NCBI GenBank assembly: GCA_964016885.1
Contig: CAXHJY010001477.1
Coordinates: forward strand, 248,001 to 312,000
Source of the DNA: Eledone cirrhosa
Taxonomy: Eukaryota
Length of the DNA stretch: 64,000 bases
Direction of reading: 5' to 3'
Below, one piece after another: positions 13,102 through 23,800 of the stretch (position 1 is the first letter of the stretch; every line of letters starts with the position of its first letter). Under the pieces are notes generated by a model. It saw only the letters and a list, made by a program, of their open reading frames with translations, was not told where the DNA came from and did not search any database. Position numbers and translations under genes: made by a program.

Positions 13102-13108
<7 letters not shown>
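11716..13108. mobile_element. Penelope-like element remnant with inverted pLTRs (~650-bp arms, ~54-bp spacer)
   Basis: ~11756-12403 is the near-perfect reverse complement of 12458-~13108. Arms encode NLRIKEALIIDKTQPPINNR (GIY-YIG C-terminal E..I....P.IN). Flanked by (TA)n. Confidence 0.8.
11874..11914 (-). ncRNA. Candidate minimal hammerhead ribozyme in pLTR
   Basis: Minus strand CCT-CTGAAGA-A-GAGAT-ATT-ATCTC-GAAA-ATTA-AGG. The right-arm copy (~12950-12987) has GAAA mutated to AAAA. Confidence 0.5.
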
Positions 13109-13148
<40 letters not shown>

Positions 13149-13151
13149 TAT

Positions 13152-13328
13152 TTCCTTGAACAAGATACTTTATTTCACGTTGCTCCAGTTTACTCAGCTG
13201 TAGAAATGAGTACCAGCCTGCCCGCCCAGTGGGATTGCATTATCTTATTGCTAAAACAGCACGATGTGCTGTGACCAGCGACGCCGATTGGTGCCCGACA
13301 GACTGGTCGGTCAAGGTGATCAAGGTGA
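13152..13328 (+). mobile_element. 5'-truncated CORE-like SINE fragment
   Basis: CCTTGAACAAGATACTTTATTTCACGTTGCTCCAGTTTACTCAGCTG core, with a different tail from 11324-11664. Confidence 0.6.
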
Positions 13329-13343
13329 TATATATATATATAT

Positions 13344-13980
13344 ATCATCATCATCATCATCGTTTAACGTCCATCTTCCAGGCGAGCATGGGTTTAGACA
13401 AGAATTGTCCCACGTGAGACAAGATTGGTCGTCTCACTCGTATAGGACTGTCTGGCAGGTTTTCTATGGCTGGATGCTCTTCCTAACACCAACCACGCTT
13501 ACAGTGTGGGGCTGGGAGGTTTTTACTGTGTTGCCTACACGGCCACATTACAGCGTGGATCGTGTGTTTTTTGTCGTGACACCTACACGACCTCATTTGT
13601 TTCGGACTGGATGTTGTGGTACCAACATAACTTTACATTGAAAGGGGTGGTGTGGATGGGGTGGGGGTAGTGGGACGGGGGTGTATTTTGTTAGAGGTGC
13701 CTACTGACTGTAGGTTTCACTTTGTATTTAGGTAAAGCGGGTCTTCTGTATTACTGTGTAGCGCCAAAGATCACGGTCTAGTGACATTGTCTTGGAGAGG
13801 TGTAAGTGTGTGAGGTCGGAATTTAGCAAGTCGTCCCAGGTTTTTCTGGGTCTGCCTACTCCGTAGCTACCGTCTATTTTTATTGCCCTGCACTTTTTTA
13901 TACAGCTGTCGTCTTTCATGCGCATCATGTGACCATACCAACGCAGTCTTCTCTCAAGTAAACAGCATCAGATCCCTCTT
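13344..13980 (-). mobile_element. RTE LINE 3' fragment
   Basis: RRLRWYGHMMRMKDD...GRPRKTW, 3' UTR and (ATG)n tail. Nearly identical to 35980-36600. Confidence 0.9.
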
Positions 13981-14146
13981 ATATATACGTAACTAGATCT
14001 ACCAACTCGTAATGTTATAATATTATAAAATTAAATCAAATTATTTAACACATGTGAAGTCATTCTTTTTCTTTTTTTCATATATATATATATATGATTA
14101 TATGTGTTTATATATACATGTATGATGTATACATATATATATATAT

Positions 14147-17100
14147 ATGGTCAGATGGAAGGCCTACCACCTGGATAAGAACACCCGTAACCTTCCTGAA
14201 CTCAAAGAGAGGTATGGCTTCAAAACATACCGAAACCCACCGCACAACACCTTACTGGACTCCTTTGAAGAGGACCTGCTGAAAATGATCAAAAACGTTA
14301 AGTTCAGAAAGAAACACCAATGCAGCAATCCATTCTTAACGTCCCTTGATACACTAATAACTAAGATCAAGAATGACCCGCACCTCTTCGTCACCTCCAA
14401 CAAAACCAAAAAGCTGTACAAGATGGACGCGAGTAAGTATAAAAAATTCATCTATTAGGAACTACACAAAGACTACAAAAAGACACCCTCTAGTACCCTA
14501 AATGACATAAATAGAGTAGGGAAGGATATAGTCACCAGCTTAGAAATAGAAAAGTACACTAACCCGTACGTCCCTCTGATGCCTAGATTCTCTCTTAAGG
14601 ATCACAAATATGACTTTAATGAAAGCCCCTCTATTAGACTAATATGCCCCTCTACATCAGATATAGGTAAGATTAGTAAAGTGATCCTCGACAGAGTACT
14701 CCTGGAGCTTAATAGAAAGGCTAAGGTCTGCCTCTGGGGCAACACCGACCAAGTCATAAATTGGTTCACCGAGTTGCCGGATAAAGCCACCCTGAAGTTC
14801 ATCCAGTTTGTCATAGATAGTTACTACGCCTCTACCTCCCCCATACTCTTAAATAAGGCACTCATCTTAGCTAAATCTAACACTAGCCTCACTAAAAAAG
14901 AAATAGACATAATTCTAGTGGCGCGTAGAACCATTATCCAGTTCAAAGGCCCCCACTGGACCAGAACCAACCGTCCTGATAACTTTGATGTCACGATGGG
15001 GTCCAGTGACTCAGCGCAAGCAACTGACCTGGTTGGGATATACCTCCTACATAAGCTTAGGGACGAGATACCGGCCCTACAAGGAGGTGTATATAGGGAC
15101 AACGCCTTGTTTACCGTTAGGAACCATAGACCCCGTAGGATAGAGAACATTAACAAACATATACACAGGTTCTTCAAGTCATACGGCCTATCCGTAACTA
15201 TAGACCTCAACCACAGGGTTGTCAACTTCCTGGACGTGACCCTGGAGTTGAGTACGGGCTTATACAAGCCATACCATAAGCCTGGAGAGTGCCTCTCTTA
15301 TATTAATTATGCCTCCAACCACCCTAAGCAGACTCTCAACTCCATAGTCTATAGTATCTCACATAGAATCTCGAGACTATCCGCCAATGGGGATATCTTC
15401 AACCAAGCGGCAGATTACTACAATAGGGCCTTGATAAGCACCGGCTTTAACCGAAGAATTTCCTCCATCCTAACTAGCTCTAGAAACCACCCCTTCATAA
15501 AACGAACGTTATAATAAGCCATACCTGTAACCGATCATGTGGCAACATCGTTGAGGTCGGATATAATAGAATAGATAACCGCACCAAAGATCACGACCCC
15601 GGCGACGGTGACCACTGTAAATAACTCAAACTATTCCTTTATTACAAAACCAACAAAGGCGACGGCCTACTACCAACGCCTTCCAACCAACATCTTCCTG
15701 TACATAAACATGGAAGAGGTAGGAAGAGTGCACCCGAGCATAAAGTGAAAGGGGCACCGAACGGGCGACTGCGCATTAACACACATAAGAGTGGTCACCT
15801 AGATGGAACCACCCGTAGCAAATGTACAAGGACACGTAATCGCCACCGTAACGTCCTATGGTTACAACCCCCACCCACCCCCTACTCTCGGAGTGTGGCC
15901 TCCAACATACCCCGTAGGTATAGAAAAATTCTTAATAGGAACAATATAAAAATATCCTTCTCTACTACTCCTAACCTAGCAGACATCATAGGAACAACGA
16001 ACCACAGTAAGATTACCAAGACACAGCACCTCGACACAGACGCACCTACACCTGACAATAACTCTATCGGCCTTAACTCCCTGGCAGCATCCATTAGTGC
16101 TGGCAACGGCATCCGCAGACGCAACCAGCATAACTGCGAAATAACTGGGGAACATGCAGGACATGACGTGCGGAATAATAATCGCACCACCCCGCGTGCT
16201 GTGGGTTGTAATGGTGCTAACGACTGCTGCGGTAGCGTAGGTAACAACGTAGGCAGCAACAATGATAGCCTTACCGTGGGAAATAGACGGAACTGCGACA
16301 GAAATTGCAACTGCCGCGACAGAGGACGCTGCCCCCTTAGAGGATACTGCTTGACTGATAGGGTTATATATAGATGCACTATAACTAACCACAATAGCGT
16401 TAAACATTATATAGGGGCTACCTCCGGCCCGTTCAAAATTAGGTTTCGAACACATCTCCACTCTTTCACAAATAAAAAACTAAGACACTCCACTTCGCCC
16501 GTGGACTACATCACATCACTAAAGGACTTAAACATCAGCTTCTCCACGCACTGGGATATTGTCGGCAGGGCTGCACTGTACAACTTCAAGAGGAAATGCG
16601 ATCTTTGCCTCATGGAGCTCTACCACATCATAACTGCACCCCACGAGCTCATCAACAGCAGAGCTGAAACAGCGATAAGTTGTACACATTGCTTAAAAAT
16701 ATCCTTCTTCAGATGGGTTAAGGATGAGGAGTGAAACCATGCACCAGATGTCCCTGCAACAAGTCTTAACACGGCGAGCAGGCGCTGCAAAATAACACCC
16801 AGGAAACAATCCTTGCATACCAGACCCAGCCTCAAATGACTCAGACAAACAGATGCGGCAAAAAAAAACTCTCAAAATAAGAGTTGATTACATGCGTATC
16901 GACAATGGTAAGTTGTAACCTCATCTCGTAGCGGATAAAAAATTTATCCGGGAAAGACTACCCTAACACGGGCCAGAGTTACCTCCCTTGACCTGCTGCA
17001 AAATCAAAACAAGCTATTTTTGAGAGCAATGAACCTTGACGTGGATTTAACCCCAAAAACTCTTTCCGAGCAATATAAGGAACACTTTTCATTATTTATG

Positions 17101-17358
17101 CCCTTGAGAAGCCCAACTGGGTGAAACGTACGAAGGTGCTGTTTTAAATAAACATGTTTTAACGGTATATTCTCCGATTTCTTACTTTCCCACGTGCTTA
17201 CACTCTGCTAAATCTCTAGCCCACTAAATATTAACACTTCGAATATTTAATACTGCCGGCACTAGTATCGAGCACCTTTGGCATACGCTACTTGGCAAAT
17301 AACTATATGTATCACCTATCCTCCCCTTTTTTTTCTCTCTCTCGATACGTAAATACTG
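14147..17358 (+). mobile_element. Penelope-like element, Naiad-type (RT + GIY-YIG), disrupted
   Basis: N-terminal RWKA...YGFK...PP...FEEDL. RT motifs LKDHK, RLICP, FDVTMGS.D.A, YRDN, VNFLDVTL, PYHKP, SNHP. Endonuclease CNC..CPL.G.CL, VIY...YIG.T..FK.R..H, CDLCL.E...INSR. In-frame TAG at 14456-58 and a frameshift at ~15460-15510. (TA)n flanks. Confidence 0.9.
17100..17140 (+). ncRNA. Hammerhead-like motif in the PLE 3' region (non-canonical core)
   Basis: CTTGAGAA-GCCC-AACT-GGGT-GAAA-CGTACG-AAGG: stem II, GAAA and palindromic stem III present, but the CTGANGA box is variant. Confidence 0.35.
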
Positions 17359-17389
17359 TATATATATATATATATACACATGTAAGATT

Positions 17390-20300
17390 CATCATCATCA
17401 TCACCGTTTTATGTCCGTTCTTCTATGCTAGCATGGGTTAGATGGGTTGTCCTGTTGTGGGGAGTGTCCAGTCGGCTGACCTTGTCTTGCTCATACGGGA
17501 ACTGATTCTGGCTTGATTTCTACAGCTGGATGCCCTTCCTAACACCAACCTCATTTACAGTGAGTGCTGGGTGCTTTTTTCTGTGGTGCCTATACGTCCA
17601 CTTTACAGTGTGGGCTGGGTGCTTTTTTGCCGTGACACCTCCACGACCACTTTGCAGTGGCAGGGTGTGGGGGCATATTGTCTATATGCTTCAGCTTCGG
17701 CTTGTTCCTGTAGGGGGTCGGGCCTTCTGTATTATTGCGTGATGGTGCAATTGGGTAAGGTCGGCTTTTATCACCTCATCCCAGGTCTTCTTGGGTCTCC
17801 CTACTCCGGGGTTTCCATTGACTTCTAGTACTCTGCACCTTTTTATGCACCTGTCATCCTTCATACGCATCACATGTCCATTTTAATGCAACCGCCTCTC
17901 CTGCACACAGCATTTGTTTCCTCTTATGCTGAGTCTCTTTCTCAATTTGTTTATGCTTTGCCGTTCGCGTATATTACTATTACACATCCATTGGAGCATA
18001 CAGGTTTTGTTTCTTTCTAACGTGCGCAAGTCTTCTCCACACAATGCCCAGGTCTCACTACCATGCAACATTGCTGTTAGGATACACGCATCATACAGTC
18101 TGCCTTTCATTTTGAGGGAGAAGCCTTTTGCAGCTAGCAGTGGTAGTAGTTCCCTGAACTTCTTCCATCCCGTTCTTACCCTAGTTACTGTACTTTCCGA
18201 ACACCCACCTCCACTGTTAATTTGGTCACCTAGGTAGCAGAAGCTGTCTACTGTTTCTACAGAGCCCTCCCAGAGATTGGTGGTACTTGTTTCCTGTGGC
18301 TGTTTGCTGCTTGCTGTCCCAACACAGCTGCTACATGTGAAGCTTACATTCTTAGTTAAACTTCCTGAGATCCCGCTACATCTCTTGTGTACCCATTGTT
18401 TGCATCTGGGGCAGAGGATGGAGTTCCTACCTACACCTTTCCTACATACTGAGCAAGGCCATTTCCCTGAGGGGATCTGGCTTCTGTTTTCTTGTCTACT
18501 TACAAGGACCTTAGTCTTTGTCAGGTTGACTTTCAGACCCTTTCTTTCTAGTCCCTGCTTCCATGTTTGGAATTTCTTCTTTAGTTCCTCCATAGATTCA
18601 GCTATAAGTGCGAGGTCATCTGCATACAGGAGTTCCCATGGGGATCCGGTCTTAAACTCCTCCGTTATTGCCTGCAGGACTATGATGAACAGGAGAGGGC
18701 TAAGAACAGAGCCCTGGTGGACCCCAACCTGTACGCTAAATTCCTCGTTATAGTCATTAACCCTAACTTTGCTGGCCGCTCCCCTATACATGGCTTGTAC
18801 AGCTTTCACAAGCCATTCATCTACTCCTAGTTTTCTAAGAGCCCACCAGATTATAGCACGTGGAACTCTGTCAAAGGCTTTCTCAAGATTGACGAATGCC
18901 AGGTAGAGTGGCTTACTTTTAGCTAGGTACTTTTCCTGGAACTGCCTCACAAGGAAGAGGGCATCAGTGGTGCCTCTTCCTGGTACAAACTCAAATTGCA
19001 TCTCATCTAGTTTTACCCGGTCCCTAATCAACTGTGCTATAACTCTTTCTGTTACTTTCATGACCTGGTCCATCAGCTTTATACCTCTATAGTTTCCTCT
19101 ATCTAGTGCATTACCTTTACCTTTGTAGCAGTTGACAATGATGCTACTGCACCAATCCTTTGGTATGATACCTAGTAATACCTGGTTAAAAATACGTGTG
19201 TTTATAGTGTGACCTGCAGACCCAGATGCCTTCAGCATCTCGGCAGCTATACCTGAACGACAGGTTGCCTTCCCAGTCTTCATATCTTTAATTGCCTTAC
19301 TTAATACGCTGCTGCTGACTTGTACTGTTGGCCCCTCTATAGGGTCTACTTGGGGTAGGGTCTCTTTTTCCCATGCATTTTCCTCATTTAGTAATCTTTA
19401 ATAATGGCTCTTCCACGCAGCTTTCTTCTCAGCACTTGTGAGGGCAAGCTCAGCTTTATCAATCCAGATACACTTCTCTCCAATGACATCACAATTCTCT
19501 CTGACACACTGCCTCCTGTTTCTGGTACTCAGACTGCAAAACATGTTTGAATTTTCTATCCTCTGCTTCCCTCCTAGCTAAGTATACTTGTCGCCTAGCT
19601 TCCCTCCTGGTCTCTATGTAATGTACCCTGTTTCCCCCGTTCCTCCATTCTTTCCATGCCTGTCTCTTGGCCTTAACTGCCTCATCTATCTTATTGTTCC
19701 ACCACCAAGTCACTCTCCTCCTCCCCGTGGTCTTGCTCCTACTACAGATCTCATCCATCGCCTTTAGTAAGTTATTTTTTAGGAACTCCCAGTGCTCTTC
19801 TACATTGAATGTCTGTATCTCTTCTTCTTTACTGTCATAGGCGTCGAGTAGGATATCTTTAAATCTGTTCCTGGCTGAGGGGTCTTTCAGCTTCAAGATC
19901 TTTCTTCTCCGGGTTGCCTTCTATTTCCAGGTTTGTCTAGTTCTGACAATGAGGTCGCTGACAACTAAGTTATGTTGGGAGGTACATTCCTCACCAGGGA
20001 AGGCTTTTGTGTTTACAACCAACCATCTGTCACGTCCTCTGATGAGGATAAAATCTATCTGACTAGAATGCTCCCCTGATCTATAGGTGATCAGATGGTT
20101 ATCAGGTTTTCTGAAGTTTGTGTTACATATCGACATGTCATTGGCATTACAGAGCTCTAGATGCCTGAAGCCTTCTTCATTTCTTGTGCCAACCCCATGG
20201 CCTCCATGGACTCTATATAAGCTGTCATGGTGTTTACCAACGTGTCTGTTAAAGTCTCCTGCAATGATTAGGGAGTCATTGTTGTTTGTTAGGACAGTGG

Positions 20301-20770
20301 CGTGCATTAAGGACTCGTAAAACCTATCCTTAAGTTCGTCTGGCAACCCCGATTGGGGTGCATAAGCTGATATGATTGTAGCAATTGTTTTTATTCAGGA
20401 CTAGTCTGAGTTTAATGATTCTTGCGTTCACCCTGTTTACTTAGATTACCTTATCTACCCATTTGTCAACTAATAGTATACCTACACCACCCATCTCGTA
20501 ATTTCCCACCCAGAAAAATTCATGACACTGATTTTTGGCTACAAGCACTCTAGCGGACTCGCCTCTCCATCTAGTTTCTTGCACACTACATACATCAATT
20601 TCATTTCACTCTAACATCTCTACGTTTTCTCCTCCTCCTACTTTCATTGTGCTTACGTTGATAGTTCAAACTCAGAGTTTTAGGCATTTGCCATCACTCA
20701 TGGGAGAGGTGGAATTTTTGTGGGGGAGTGTGTATCCTTCCTGTCTCTGAAGTAAAGCTTTGAAAGGACG
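17390..20770 (-). mobile_element. Near full-length RTE-clade LINE (APE + RT + Cys/His finger), disrupted
   Basis: APE (ISAYAPQ, AGDFN, QIDFIL, QH), RT (NYRGIKLM, LEKAFDRVPR, GVHQGSVLSPLLF, LYADD, FCYLG), CSVC..CPRCKQWVHKRC..CSSC, (ATG)n tail at 17390-17403. Confidence 0.92.
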
Positions 20771-20869
20771 CTAGGTAACTCGTGGATTTATATTCATTTA
20801 TTTATTCGCGGTTGTTCCATTTATCCTCAGCTCATCCAAACATAACGGTAAACAAGAATACTTTAGTGC

Positions 20870-23800
20870 AGGGCGAGAAGGGCAGTAGTAGTAATGTCAG
20901 TGTTTGTTGGGGTTGGTAAGGGCTAGAAGGACAGTAGTAGAAATGGCAGAGTTTGTTGGGACTGGTAAGGGCTAGAAGGACAGTAGTAGTAATGGCAGAG
21001 TTTGTTGGGGCTGGTAAGGGCTAGAAGGACAGTAGTAGTAATGGCAGTGTTTGTTGGGGTTGGTAAGGGCTAGAAGGAGAGTAGTAGTAATGTCAGTGTT
21101 TGTTGGGATTGGTAAGGGCTAGAAGGACAGTAGTAGTAATGGCAGTGTTTGTTGGGGTTGGTAAGGGCTAGAAGGACAGTAGTAGAAATGGCAGAGTTTG
21201 TTGGGGTTGGTAAGGGCTAGAAGGACAGTAGTAGTAATGGCAGAGTTTGTTGGGGATGGTAAGGGCTAGAAGGAGAGTAGTAGTAATGTCAGTGTTTGTT
21301 GGGGTTGGTAAGGTCTGGAAGGAGAGTAGTAGTAATGGCAGTGTTTGTTGGGATTGGTAAGGGCTAGAAGGACAGTAGTAGAAATGGCAGTGTTTGTTGG
21401 GGTTGGTAAGGGCTAGAAGGACAGTAGTAGTAATGGCAGTGTTTGTTGGGACTGGTAAGGGCTAGAAGGACAGTAGTAGTAATGGCAGTGTTTGTTGGGG
21501 CTGGTAAGGGCTAGAAGGACAGTAGTAGAAATGGCAGTGTTTGTTGGGGCTGGTAAGGGCTAGAAGGACAGTAGTAGTAATGGCAGTGTTTATTGGGGTT
21601 GGTAAGGGCTAGAAGGACAGTAGTAGTAATGTCAGTGTTTGTTGGGGTTGGTAAGGGCTAGAAGGACAGTAGTAGAAATGGCAGTGTTTATTGGGGTTGG
21701 TAAGGGCTAGAAGGAGAGTAGTAGTAATGTCAGTGTTTGTTGGGGTTGGTAAGGGCTAGAAGGACAGTAGTAGTAATGGCAGAGTTTGTTGGGGTTGGTA
21801 AGGGCTAGAAGGAGAGTAGTAGTAATGTCAGAGTTTGTTGGGGATGGTAAGGGCGAGAAGGGCAGTAGTAGTAATGTCAGTGTTTGTTGGGGTTGGTAAG
21901 GGCTAGAAGGACAGTAGTAGTAATGTCAGTGTTTGTTGGGGTTGGTAAGGGCTAGAAGGACAGTAGTAGCAATGTCAGAGTTTGTTGGGGCTGGTAAGGG
22001 CTAGAAGGACAGTAGTAGTAATGGCAGAGTTTGTTGGGGTTGGTAAGGGCTAGAAGGACAGTAGTAGAAATGGCAGAGTTTGTTGGGGTTGGTAAGGGCT
22101 AGAAGGACAGTAGTAGAAATGGCAGTGTTTGTTGGGATTGGTAAGGTCTGGAAGGAGAGTAGTAGTAATGGCAGTGTTTGTTGGGGCTGGTAAGGGCTAG
22201 AAGGACAGTAGTAGTAATGGCAGAGTTTGTTGGGGCTGGTAAGGGCTAGAAGGACAGTAGTAGTAATGGCAGAGTTTGTTGGGGTTGGTAAGGGCTAGAA
22301 GGACAGTAGTAGAAATGGCAGTGTTTGTTGGGATTGGTAAGGTCTGGAAGGAGAGTAGTAGTAATGGCAGTGTTTGTTGGGGCTGGTAAGGGCTAGAAGG
22401 ACAGTAGTAGTAATGGCAGAGTTTGTTGGGGCTGGTAAGGGCTAGAAGGACAGTAGTAGTAATGGCAGAGTTTGTTGGGGTTGGTAAGGGCTAGAAGGAC
22501 AGTAGTAGAAATGGCAGTGTTTGTTGGGATTGGTAAGGTCTGGAAGGAGAGTAGTAGTAATGGCAGTGTTTGTTGGGGCTGGTAAGGGCTAGAAGGACAG
22601 TAGTAGTAATGGCAGAGTTTGTTGGGGCTGGTAAGGGCTAGAAGGACAGTAGTAGTAATGGCAGAGTTTGTTGGGGTTGGTAAGGGCTAGAAGGACAGTA
22701 GTAGAAATGGCAGTGTTTGTTGGGATTGGTAAGGTCTGGAAGGAGAGTAGTAGTAATGGCAGTGTTTGTTGGGGCTGGTAAGGGCTAGAAGGACAGTAGT
22801 AGTAATGTCAGTGTTTGTTGGGGTTGGTAAGGGCTAGAAGGACAGTAGTAGAAATGGCAGTGTTTGTTGGGATTGGTAAGGTCTGGAAGGAGAGTAGTAG
22901 TAATGGCAGTGTTTGTTGGGGTTGGTAAGGGCTAGAAGGACAGTAGTAGTAATGTCAGTGTTTGTTGGGGTTGGTAAGGTCTGGAAGGAGAGTAGTAGTA
23001 ATGGCAGTGTTTGTTGGGGCTGGTAAGGGCTAGAAGGACAGTAGTAGTAATGGCAGAGTTTGTTGGGGTTGGTAAGGGCTAGAAGGACAGTAGTAGAAAT
23101 GGCAGTGTTTGTTGGGATTGGTAAGGTCTGGAAGGAGAGTAGTAGTAATGGCAGTGTTTGTTGGGGCTGGTAAGGGCTAGAAGGACAGTAGTAGTAATGG
23201 CAGAGTTTGTTGGGACTGGTAAGGGCTAGAAGGACAGTAGTAGTAATGTCAGTGTTTGTTGAGGCTGGTAAGGGCTAGAAGGACAGTAGTAGTAATGGCA
23301 GTGTTTGTTGGGACTGGTAAGGGCTAGAAGGACAGTAGTAGTAATGTCAGTGTTTGTTGGGGTTGGTAAGGGCTAGAAGGACAGTAGTAGAAATGGCAGA
23401 GTTTGTTGGGGTTGGTAAGGGCTAGAAGGACAGTAGTAGTAATGTCAGTGTTTGTTGGGATTGGTAAGGGCTAGAAGGGCAGTAGTAGTAATGTCAGTGT
23501 TTGTTGGGGTTGGTAAGGGCTAGAAGGACAGTAGTAGTAATGGCAGAGTTTGTTGGGGTTGGTAAGGGCTAGAAGGACAGTAGTAGTAATGTCAGTGTTT
23601 GTTGAGGCTGGTAAGGGCTAGAAGGACAGTAGTAGTAATGTCAGTGTTTGTTGGGGTTGGTAAGGGCTAGAGGGACAGTAGTAGTAATGGCAGAGTTTGT
23701 TGGGGTTGGTAAGGGCTAGAAGGACAGTAGTAGTAATGTCAGTGTTTGTTGAGGCTGGTAAGGGCTAGAAGGACAGTAGTAGTAATGTCAGTGTTTGTTG

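Noticed and set aside
14456-14458. Recoded (selenocysteine) stop in the Naiad ORF
   Set aside because: The codon is TAG, not TGA, and the copy is otherwise decayed (YRDN, frameshift).
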